Assembly: GCA_963924565.1 (NCBI GenBank)
Contig: OZ004612.1
Span: forward strand, 7,068,001-7,132,000
Reading direction: 5' to 3'
Length of the DNA stretch: 64,000 bases
Origin: Ascidiella aspersa
Taxonomy: Eukaryota
Positions 11,144 through 23,200 of this stretch are shown piece after piece. The translations under genes and the position numbers were made by a program. Below the pieces are notes generated by a model, which saw only the letters and a list, made by a program, of their open reading frames with translations, did not search any database and was not told where the DNA came from. Positions within the stretch are counted from its first letter, which is position 1. Each line of letters opens with the position of its first letter.

Positions 11144-14100
11144 TATTTAGGTCGTAGTCCCATCGAAAAGGAATGGTAGCCCATAATAAAATATATTTTA
11201 TGCACAGGCTATGATAAACGAATTTACACTGCTGGGCATTTAGATATTGACTTAGCCGAAACAAATTGATTTGGTGGCTTTAAGGTTAAGACTTTCTTAC
11301 AAATCGTAATTTGAATCGCCCGCAACTTGATTCAGTAATTACTCATTATGCTTCAGGGTAAGTAGACCAGTTTGTGTAAAAACAAACAAATTGATAAACT
11401 TTTTAAAGGTTCACTTTTAGTTTTCGCTTTTTAACCAATACTGATCTAACGCTGAACTTACCGAATTTAGAGCAGATGTCGTTTTGAGAATCATCGCTTT
11501 TAATGCGATAAAATGTTGCTGTAAATAAAAAGGTTGATTTAATATGATTTAAGTTTGCTAGATTTTGTGTAGTTGGATTTTTAAAAAGCAGGACATAGGC
11601 CTGTACACATTAATGATGTAACAATTTGTTGCATTTATATTATGCAATACGCTAACTTATACATTAAATTCATCTTATTGTTCTAAACTTTGATCTAAAT
11701 GCTTTTCAATATACTAGAGCCGTCGTCGCAATAGATATTGAATTATTTATTCTAAACTAAAAAAATAATTCTCGAAAAACACCACCAAAGCTCCCGAAAA
11801 AACGAAATCGCAAATATGGAAAATCAATACCAAACATTAGCATTATATCTTGGTAGAATATCTCTCCAATTTCGCAAAATCATTTATTTTTTTTAACTAG
11901 CGGGGGCGCGCGGCAAACAATGCTTCAGGGTATAAGCGTTGATGAAATTGTTTATAAGCCTGGTGGGTTAAAAATTACACTTACCATTGAAGTAACACAC
12001 ATAAGAGTTTTTTTCGTCCCCGTCTATGTTGTCCCACTTAGTTGAATCTCTCATCATAATCACGCATTTTTGATCTGGATCAGACGAAGGCTGACATGTA
12101 TTCCAACTGTCGTGATATGTAACGCTGCTTCCATCCGTCCAACGATAAGAATTTTTTTGACCTATATTTGTTTCAGAGCGTGCTCCTGCGAAGTTCAAAT
12201 TTATAAGAACAAAATTTAATTTCTAATTATATACTTCGTCAAACCATTATATAACCTGTGTGTAGCAGGACAGCAAGAGCCTAGTATGACGTTGTAGTGG
12301 AAAATACAGTATGGTGGTCGTATTTTGTTTTACAATAAGGTCTTAAAACCAAGTTACCAAAGTCGAAGAGGTTCAAAATTGGTCAGGGTGAACATTATTG
12401 TAGTTTAAATAAAAAAAAAATTTAGTGTCGACAATGTTTGTTTTTTTAATAAGTAAACGTCTACAAAAAGTACAACAGCCTTGAAGTTATTGCAGCTGTC
12501 TTAGGATGAATTGTGGTAAACCAGTCGTTTTATAATGTGGTCATAAGTGGTTCATATTGGGCACGAATGCTTTAATATGTTCTAACTGACTTCCTCATTT
12601 AATATTGAGCAATACCCGAAAAGCTAACACAAACAATGCAGCACAAAAACAAACCACTAGTTTTGTTAGAATTACCGCCTGATTTGTTAAAAAATATATT
12701 CAAAGTAAAACATTTCTAAAAAAACTGTGACTTTTAAATAAGGGTTACTCGGCTACTCGCCCATTGATATCATTACAAAATTGTGTCGCCGACGGCACTA
12801 GTTCTCGTGATTAAATTTATTGGAAGTGGTTTTAAACCTAGGTAAGATTTTCAAAAATTTGATAAAAATTGCGGAAACACTACGAAGAAATGGCTCATAT
12901 TGATGAAATTGTAAATTATTGTTGCTATTTTCTTGGTTGTGATGTCTTGCTTATTACCAATCTACTTAAGAAAGTTGAGTTGACAAAATTTTGCTATTAT
13001 ACTTTAAGTTTGGTGTTTGGGTTGCCGCCTAAAATGTTAATAAACACTGTTTAAGCAAAATAAAGCCGTTTTACACCTCTTCTGTATATTGAAAATTTGT
13101 TCACCTGAGTATAGATATTTATGTGAGATCACAAACTTTCTTACCGATCCACATGTCGACACCAGGATTGTATTTTCTACCAATACAAGAAACGAGTTCG
13201 TTTTCGTGTTCGTCTTCGATTTTAGCCAGTTGGCCTGCTTTGTTAGAGCATATATATTTGGCGTTATTAAATATTTTTCGACTGTTTTGCTTTTTCCCGA
13301 AAATTCCATATATCTTTACGCTAGTGCCATCTAAAATAAATAGAAATATATGTCTATATATATCAAATTCAATTATAAAAAATATCTAAGTCAATTATAC
13401 ATTTTGTCATTCCTACTGAGAATCTATTCTTGGAAAGCACAACCCAAAAACAAATTATGTCCATATTAAGATTCAGTATTATTTTCTTTATTTGAGTACA
13501 AAAGTACAAAATAAAAATTATTGCTGTGCATAACATACCTGTCAGTTCCAGTTTGCTTGCGATATCCAGGTCTTTAAAGCAAGATTTATATGCATTTCGC
13601 TGACCAGGACCATTTAAACCTACAAACATCCATTGCTTTATTCGCAACAAAGTCTGGACTCGTCTCAACAGATTTACGAGTGGTAAAATCATTTACGGGA
13701 GCAAAAGATAAGAACTAATTCTGCTTTTCTTACAATTAGCTCTGAGAAAGCATTCCTCAATTTTATTCAGTGGTTTGTTATAACAAGGCCTTAACAATTC
13801 AAAAACCATCTTTCGCGTGCTCTTTATACTTTGCGTTTTGCGGCCGGGTTTTAGCACAGTAGAAAATATAGTTATACCATCACAATTGCAATAAGACGTT
13901 TTACCGTTTAAAAATTTTTCTTCACACCTTGAATCCATTTTTACCCGTTGTACAACTTACCTCTCATCCGCACTTCATCGTTCACTTCGATGACCATTCT
14001 TTGCCTGAAAGCTGTTAGTTGGTTAGACGCCAGATGAGAAAACAAGCAAAAGACGACAAAAGAAAACTGCCGCAATCCTTTCCGAAAACCAGCCATGTGT

Positions 14101-17100
14101 TGTACTGATAAATACTTAAACCTGAACAAAACACGTCCCAATTAATATTGACTTCGCTTCAACAACCACATTCCAACATGCTACAACGCAAATTGCGATG
14201 AACGCTACTTCCAAATAAAAAATATTAAGCAAACGAACGATAGAGCGTCAAAATATAAATTGTTTCACGGTAACTAAATATTTGGAGCGGTCACAGTCAT
14301 GCGTCCTAATTAGTGATTGCTAATATGTGTAACACGTTTTGTTCTTGTAGAAATAACCTCATTGTGGAAGAAATAGGCTTCAAGTCTAGCATTGTGGACT
14401 TCAATGCAAACTTTATTCTCACACAACCTATTCAATTGGTGTCAAAACCATCATGATAATCCTGCTATTTGCATCTTTGGTGCTTCCTGACCCGTGTTGC
14501 AAAATACAAAAACTATAGAGAAATCTAATGAACTGACAACGAGATGCGGTTGTGCTTAGCCAGAACGGAAATCGTTTCAATCCTGTTCACTGCTAAACAT
14601 AATTGCACAAGTTTGCATTGAAATGCAAATCAATTTGTTTAGACCACTTTACGAACTGGTTAAGTTTGAGAACATCTGGTGTTAAAGATTGCGAAATTAA
14701 CAATTGATCCATTGTATTGCTATGCGGGCAACACTCGTGCTATCAATGCTAACAATATATCATCCAAAACGGCGTCTATTTTGCTGTGACGCGATGTACA
14801 ATAACGTTAACTTCCGAGGAAAATCCTAGAAAAAAAAACGATTGTACCTTCTTCGTATTGTGCAGTATAGTAATAATCCAATCATACTTTGTCAGCTTCT
14901 TTGTGTCCATTAATTTGTTCAAAATTTTATTTTGTGCTGTCGGACAATAGAATTTGTTTCCGACTTAGAAAGCAAATGTACACTTTTGGTCAGTTAGCAC
15001 TGTGGTCAGCAAATAATATATCTCTAAACTAAAACAAACCTCTTTTGTGAAGATATAAACATGTCGATTGTCGAATGGCTTTGGCAACAAGTTCACAATT
15101 GCCAATGCGACAACTTGGTATTTTCAATGTAGAGGATTTCAAATAGCATATAAGCTGCTTGTTCTTTTTTTAGCGCATTAAATTCAAATCAAAAATTTCT
15201 GTTTAATTTGTCATAGGATTTTACATTTACAGAGTCAATTTATAGGTATTAAACTAACTTGGGTAGCCTATGTTATTTTCCTAGATTAAATTTAATCACG
15301 TTGAAACTTATCACGTCTAACTTATTTAAATAGATTTAAATTAACCATGCGTGACAAACCGTTAATGACCAGCAGGGGACGAATAAGGGAAGTAGAGGGG
15401 CATTAGGCATTATAAATACCAAATGCATAGTTTCTATTTTTTTTCAAATTTTTTTGGCCGTTTTAAGTAATTTAATAAGAATAAAGACGCTGTGCATGTT
15501 TTGGCATGTTGCGTCGTGTAACTAATTTGACGTCTTGTTGTTACATAACTTTATAACTTCATTCCTATAAAATTTAGGCCCCAAACAAAAATCCTAGGTC
15601 TGCCACTGAAATCAAGCATAGGTGTGAGACAATATAGGATCGGATTATATACCCGATGCCCCCATGTTACAAAACCTTTTTTTTTTTCTAATAATAAATA
15701 AAATAGAATATAATTCATAGGTTTCCAATTGCTAAACAATTTGCTAGCCTGTCGACTTGGTAAATATGCCGTTTGTAGGTTTCTATTTCATCAATTGTCC
15801 TTTTTTTACCTTAGCAAGGTCATATGGTAATATCGGATCTGTGTTATTTTTACCCCAAATCCATATAAACAAACCTTACACATACATGCTTGGTACTAAT
15901 CGATACCTTGACTTTTACTACTGACATGGTAATGTAGGGACGAACTGTTAGTATTTATTGGTAAGACTTAAAAATCTTACACCTTAAAATAGCTTAAAGT
16001 TACAAACAGGCTAAAAACAACCTACAAATTATAGAGACTGATAATATTTTAGCTTTAATTTTTTGTATTATTTTCGTTTGTAAGCATGAAACACTTTTGA
16101 GCGGGAAGCATATCAATACAAAGTGAAACACTTCGGGGAAAATAACAACAATCAACGACAAAAAGTAAATATAATAAACATAGAAAAAGTCATCGAACCT
16201 ATGACAGGATATAGTGTAAGTGTCACGGGAATGCTTATACATAAAAAAGCATTGGCCCAACGTTTAAACGACCACATAGGATTCAACGAGCAGAATAAAA
16301 GAACAAAAAAAGAACAAAAATCAAATGAGTAATTACATTAGTTTTCACACAATATAACGGAATAAAAAAAAATAGTCAAGAAGAAAGTAAAAAGTGCCAA
16401 TTTATCGTGCTATACAACTCAAGTTAAAAGACATGCTCCCAATGCTATTATTTCAAAATTAGTATACGTTGCTCTGATATTTGGGCGTAACGCATATGCT
16501 ATATAGCCGAACCGAAAACGCCCCTATTTTGCCCCGTGTGATTTGAGCATCAGATGATCTGCGGTACATTTTAAAGAGGTACACGAAGAAATAATACAGT
16601 AATCGAAATTAACGAGCAATACTGCAATCAATATTCGTTGTAAAACAAAATGCACTGTAAAGAACAAAAGTGGACAAATGTAAAAATTAGGGCGAGTTAC
16701 AACTAACACATTTATGAAGAAGCCAAATTAGAATACTATACGAAAATACTTCTTTTAATAAGAAATGCTTTAACCAGAAATGACCGCCATTCCTGGGTTA
16801 CCAATGGGTCGCTATATCCAGAGGTAGCCTAATACAAAAAATCATCACTTTAAAAAATGTAGACTGGAGTTTATGTGCCATACAGCTCTAAATAAGCTTT
16901 ACCGAGTTTCTTTATGTTACAGATAATGCTAAATGAAGTATATTATTTAACGTGTCTCTTTAGTTGTCATATTTATTCATATAATTATAACAACTGTATA
17001 AAAAGTGGTATATTGGAAACAAAAGGTAGGACTTAAACCACGCAATAGTTCCGGGTGAGCACATAGACACCAAAATGCTACTTAAAATAACGAACTGAAT

Positions 17101-17229
17101 AGCTGCGCTTTTATCGCACCGGTTTGACAACAGCTGTTTTATTCCATTGGAAACACGAATTGCCGGATATTGTCTATCGCGATCAACTTTCAACCTCAGA
17201 CGCAATTGTTAATATTCGCATTCAATTGT

Positions 17230-20200
17230 TCACTTGCTATACTTAGAAGTCTTTATATTCTGCTGCCCTCCGTTTAGTGTTTTGCTTACGTTATCCGTCT
17301 TTCTTCCATCAGGCAGCCCTTTGATTTGGGCTATTTTTCTTTCGTTAGCATTTCTGTTTTCGTTAGCCATCCTGTTTTCTAGGATCATCTTGCTGATGTT
17401 AGCCATCTTGATTTCGTGAGTCCTCTTGCTTTGTTGAAGGTCACTCTTGCTTTTCTGAGATGTGGTGATTTTTTGAGTCACCTTGTTTTCCAGAAGTGTT
17501 TTTTCATCGTTCAACACTTTTCTGTCGCCATTCTTCTTTTTTTCAAAGGCCACCAGGCTTTTCTGGGACATAATTCTGTCGTGGGCCATATCGCTTTGCT
17601 TGTCCCTCTTACTTCTATAAGCCGTCTGGCTTTCTTGGACAACGTTCCTTGTGTGGGCCATCTTGCTTTCCTGAGTAATTTTTCCTTCTTCGATTATTCT
17701 GTTTCGCCGGGAACCACTATTGGCTTCCTGAGATGCGTTTCTGTTCTGAATGATCTTGTTTCCGTGAAAACTCTTTATTTGGTCAGTCATTTCGCTCTTG
17801 TGAGCCATCTGAGTTCTTTTCTGGGCCTTCTTGTTGTCGTGTGTCATGTCTTCTTTCTGGTCATGCTGGTTTTCGTAGGACATCTTGCTTTCTTGTACAA
17901 TCTTGTTTATGTGAGCCATCTTGCTTTCGTGAGCCATTTTTCTTTCGTGTGACTCCGTGGTTTCGTGAGTCACTTTTCGTTCCTGTACCATCCTGCTGTC
18001 GTGAGCCATTTTCCTTTCGTGCGACATATTACTTTTTTCAGCTTTTTGAATTTCTTGAACTACCTTGCTCACGTGAGCCTTATTACCTCCGTGAACTTTT
18101 TCGCTTCTCTGAAATGTTTTTCTCTTTTCCGCCATCTTGATTTCTTTGACTATCTTGCTTCCGTGAGCCGTCTGTCTTTTGTCAGAAACTTTTCGTACGT
18201 GAGCCGTTGTACTTCCGCGAGACATCTCGTTTTGCTGGTCAATCTTACTTGCATAAGCCTTTCTGCTTTCGTGAGCCATCTTTCTTATATGATCCATATT
18301 GCTTTCCGACGATGCCTTGCTTTCCGTAACCATGTTGTTTTCCTTGGTAGACTTTGAACCGAGGCTTTCTTTTGCCTTTCTATTTGACCTTGTAAATCGA
18401 AGTCGGTCAACAATCGCGTGCCGGACCTCACTGTTAAACACCGCGTAGACCAGAAGCAAAAAGAATCCCTGCAGTCCGTTCACCACAGTCGAAAGATAAA
18501 TAAACACGTTGGACGTTCCTAGAAAAATGACGTTGGGCACTGTCACTTAATTTTAAGGCAATTTACCGCTTCCCTATCGAATACTAGTGTGCTAAAATAA
18601 AACAAGAAAAATAATGCATTGCATGGTATTATTGAACGACCAACCATAAAAATACGATAAATGCAATTCAAGGTTGAAAATTACCCTGAGGACACCAAGT
18701 AACAACCGTTTAAACTATAGATATCGGGTCCGTAAGGTTTAACTAGACACGAGGACAACCTTAAAATAAATGCTTTAAACAGACCAATCTAGTTCAAATC
18801 TAGGCCTATAGCGCGAAATTTACCAGCAAGGAAGAGTAGAGCCCACGGAATTCCAAGCGCAGGAAGCAGCATAAGCATGGCTCGGAGTCCTGCTTTGACG
18901 TGGATCAGGTTGTTTCCCACCAGTGGATTGTTGTCCTCGCTACGTTGGGGCATCGGCCTTAGCTTTTCCTCGGCTTTGCTCATTGCGTACACAAAGCAAC
19001 TGACTTTGAGTAAGATGGCAAGATTTACGATTGCAATGGCAGCGAGGGGAATTATGACGCCGACCAGAAGGATTCCCGAATCTCGACTTAGCCAGCATTG
19101 AGCGTAATTGGCCGTTATATTCGGTTTAAAAGCCACCAGCGGTTCGTCCATGTAGATGTCGTTGAAGAAACCGTAAACTGTTGTTGCGATCACCGCTGCA
19201 CAGGGAAAGAGCCAACCGGATGCAAGAAGGCCGATCCTTACGCTTCTGGAGGAGCCGAGACGAAGAGCGAAGTCGGAAGTTTTTAGGAAGATGTTCACGC
19301 CCTCCACCAACATCCAGGCTCCTTAAGAGACAAGGTAAATTAGCAACATTTGTTAATGGTACATTTTACGGTTTAAATGTGGTTGTCCACGCCTGACAAA
19401 TGTTTAGTTTTTACCATACGTAACAACTTATACTTACTGTAAATAGTTTAACTGAATATTAGTAATCTATAAAGTTCATTTTATCTAAAGCTATGAGGTA
19501 AAACTAATTCAAATAATAAAATGGAAGACCCATAAATTAGATACGAAACCAACGTTCAAAAAAGCGCAAAACGGAGCAGTTATTAAACAACCTATTTATT
19601 CTGCAATAAGCTATGTTTAACATAATGAAATTTACTAAACATTAAAGTTAAATTCAATTTATTTAAAAATTGCCAAATGATTTCAGGTGAAAAAACTTGC
19701 GTCACAGCCACAATTCCCCGATTCAACTGTCTGGGCGAATGGGTGTTAATTGCAACATTTGCGTTATGTTCTAAATTGAGGTTTTCCTTCACCTGAACTC
19801 AGCATTGCGAAATGCTGCGCGACCGCCAACACCTGACAAGCAAGTTGGTCGTCCAAGGCAAAGTCTTGAACCAAGTTGCCCAAATGCAACAGCAATAGGC
19901 AAGCGGCCAGATGTATCTGCACAACGGTTCGGCCGCTTTTGACCTTTCGTTTGGCCACAAGCAAAGCGATGATCGTCAGTACGAGTGAGAAAGAAGAAAC
20001 GCAGCCGGTGACGTAACCAAGAATCTGTGTTCAGTAAAATATTAGTAAAAAAGCAACTAATGGTCAACTCGTTCCTTTTGTGGTTGATCCACGCCAGTTC
20101 ATTTCAATCAGAGGCATTTTAAGGTAAGCGGGGATTCGTTTGGCAGACCAAAATCTAAAAATTCATAAAATTCCTTAAATAGACATTTACATGCCTTATG

Positions 20201-23200
20201 CATATCACATGACAAAATTCAGTGATATAAAGTTTTGTAAAATTCTTTACATTTCAGTGTTTAAAACCTGGGTCACTCCAAACCCGATGAAACTGCCTGG
20301 GGCCCTTAAAATGGCGTAGTAATATAGACAAATTAAAATGGCGTACTATTACTATCAATTGCGATTTGTGTTAAGCCGAAGCAGGCGGATATACGTTGGT
20401 CACTACGTCATTCCTCTGCGTTGCCAGTCTTGTATACCAGCCAATGTTCTTTTATTTCTTTTAACCGAGGCGTCAAACATTCTCGCTTCGTTTATTAAAT
20501 CCAGCCTTATAGTGTGGACCTATATGACCGAGCTGTTTACATGTGTCGTCATATGCCATGCTTCTGTTTTCGTTTATTACTGCAACCTTTATCGGACCGC
20601 CCTAACAAATTTGAGCGCGGTAACTAACAAACAATCTCCTTCTAAATTAGGCGATTTGCACAACAAAACAGACTACAGCTATACCTTATTGGCAAAGCTC
20701 CCGGCCCCGTTTTAATATTAAAATCGTTGCCAAAGTGGCTGATCAAAATACGGTCGGTTTGAAGTTGTCCAAATGGGTTACGCTATTATGATTCGATGTA
20801 ATTCTTGTTATTTTTTAAATTACTTATCGAATAAATCCAAATGCTCGTGTTTGCCATGAAAATCAAAACTCACAGACAATTAGAGTAAATAATAACGGAA
20901 AGTGTTGGAATGCATATCCATTGCGATAAATGCCTTTAAACCAATGCAAATTTTATTTCCGCAGCATAAATAATTTATATTAAAGGTGCCCGAAACAATG
21001 TTACTGCTCCAACTCGATGTACAAAAAACATTAAAGGCTACAATATTTCTTGGCTAAAATTTTAGGGCTCGAGATAATAAGGATATTGTTACTACAATAA
21101 TAATAAAGCGAATTGTTGCCACATGTTAGAAAATGTCACTATTGAGGGGTCAACTTTTTTAGGAATGATGTAACTTTTTCACGTGACGTCTTAAAGCACC
21201 TAATCTTTAAAACACATTTTCTTGTCCAGCGAATTCAATATTTTTCGAATAACAGCGTTTGTAGTTTTATTTAGTATAAACTTCAGTGTTTATGAATTCA
21301 CAAGTATAACATCTTTGGGCTGAATTTATAACAGACAAAAGCGAAGTAAAATGCATGGAAGCTGAGTATTTTTGTAAAAAAAGTTTACATTTACATAATA
21401 AAAGTTTATATAGATTGAAAAGGAAGCATGGTCTTATGATTTTCTGTATCCTCCCGTGCATATATGTCTCAGTACTTACACTAAGCAAAAGTGCACCTGT
21501 TCCAATCGGACACTACTCGGAGATCAGTTTTACCTTAGCTGGATACGGTATGACGACAGCTTCCACGGTTAGCATGACAGCAAAGATGGTGGCGTGGTTC
21601 GAAGCGCAGGCGACTTTTCCCTGCTCCATTCCGACCAGCGTCATTCCAGTAGCCTCAAAGTCACCCGTACTGGTGTTGTAGAACACGCAGCGAAGTTTGG
21701 CACTTCGCAGAATTAAGGTTCCAGTCTCGTTGCCTTTGTAGCTTTTCACCGAGTAGATTGAGCTTATTATGTCAGTCATGTTGCTTGTCCGAACTTCGTA
21801 ACTTAACTTAAATGGTAAATGTTACGTCACAACATTATTTGACAACAGCAACTTTAAAGTAGCACGGAGTCGTACAAAAAATTAATAAAACATATCATGC
21901 AGGACTTCGGCTTACTTAGGAAGCATAAAGAGAAGATCAATATTCAAAGTCAAATATAGTTATTTTAAGTATAGGCCTACTGTAGTTATTTGTGTCCCAG
22001 TTGTTGATGGGTGAAACAAGATAAAAAATAAATATATAATGTACAAAAATAAGGCACGAACATTACAACCTTTTTTAGTGCATAAAAAAATGAATTTTTA
22101 ATTTCCCAACTATTGATCATTATGATTTTTTTAATAGTATATCATTTTCATAAGGAGTAAAGTAAATTATAGTGGAATGGCCAACAGGCAGTGCATTTAA
22201 GCGAACGATTTAATTTAAGTGTACGTAAGTTACTGGTTTTAATTTAATTAACTTAACCTATAAGTCTTTTGGACAAAATCGCTCAACTTTACTAAACCCT
22301 TTCGGACAAATAAATTCATTTCACTTAAGCGTGTTGTTTAATAATTAATTTTTGATACAATTTATTTAGTCTTACCGCAAAGTCTGTTAGTAATTATGCT
22401 TCATAACTACATATTACGTTTTGTTATTCGCGAATTGAAACATCTTCCGGATCGGATAAGTTTACAAATTATAATAATTTACCATTTTATTTATACTTTT
22501 GTAAATGACATGCCCAGCCTCTACTTGCTATAAAAATTACTTAGATGAGTCTTGACTTCATGTGTTTGGTAAATGATTTGACTTTTAGTTGTTTTTCTGC
22601 AAATGATTTAACTTTCAATTAAAAATGACTGGTTTGCAACGCAGTAAAAATTTACTTAATTAAAAAAAAATCTGCATACCGTAACATTTCCCGTCAATTT
22701 TGCGGGTGTAACTCCCAGTAGGGTTCCCATCAAAAAGTTGCCTTCAAGAGTTCCGTCTTCCTTCAAAGATTTGTTGGCAACCCATTGGTTGGTCGGTGGG
22801 GTGAAATTGATCAACTCCAGTGCGACTCGCTTTGGTGTAATAAATGACGTCAGAGCTACGTCATCGAATTGGTAAGTGGTCGAGTTTCCTGGCTCGTGCA
22901 TCAGGTATTCTACTTTGGCGTCGTTTTCTGAACAAGGCTTGCCTTTGGTGTCGGTTTCTGAACAAGGCTTGTGCTTTAACAAAATGGGTTTAGTTCCTTG
23001 TGTTTAGTAAAAGAAGATAAAATTTCGGCAACGTGGAGACAAACCAATATACGTTTGATTTCGTTAAGTCACCGAGAACATCATTTCACATTTTCGGATT
23101 TTTTGAGGTTGGTTCTAAGCACGATTTTTTTAGAATTCAAAATACTGTAGGACGGATAAAAAGACATGCTCATATTTATTAAATTCGTGCTTTGCTCACT

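Larger units (their letters stand above)
4494..14096 (-). pseudogene. Adhesion GPCR copy 1 (type-A CTLD + GAIN/GPS + 7TM + repetitive tail) with a +1 frameshift in exon 8; pseudogene or consensus error
   Basis: Exons: 13961-14096 (signal peptide), 13145-13330 (CTLD-N, ..ICSNKAGQLAKIEDEHENELVSC..DMWIG), 11985-12185 (CTLD-C, YRWTDGS..WNTCQPS..KCV..WDN..YVC), 11462-11518, 9970-~10247, 8823-9095 (GPS CASNHATIFAVML), 7044-7275, 6074-6572 (WMLVEG, QCWL), 4494-5770 (NGLQGFF..NSEVR + tail). All GT-AG. Exon 8 is 499 nt vs 498 in the other copies, giving a stop at 6190. Confidence 0.8.

Noticed and set aside
10921-11264. ORFs rich in FGFG/SVSV
   Set aside because: Translations of GAACC repeats inside the MITE; not conserved in copy 2.
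13369-13938. Minus-strand ORFs in intron 1 as possible extra exons
   Set aside because: Not frame-conserved between copies 1 and 2; exon 1 joins exon 2 in frame without them, as in type C.
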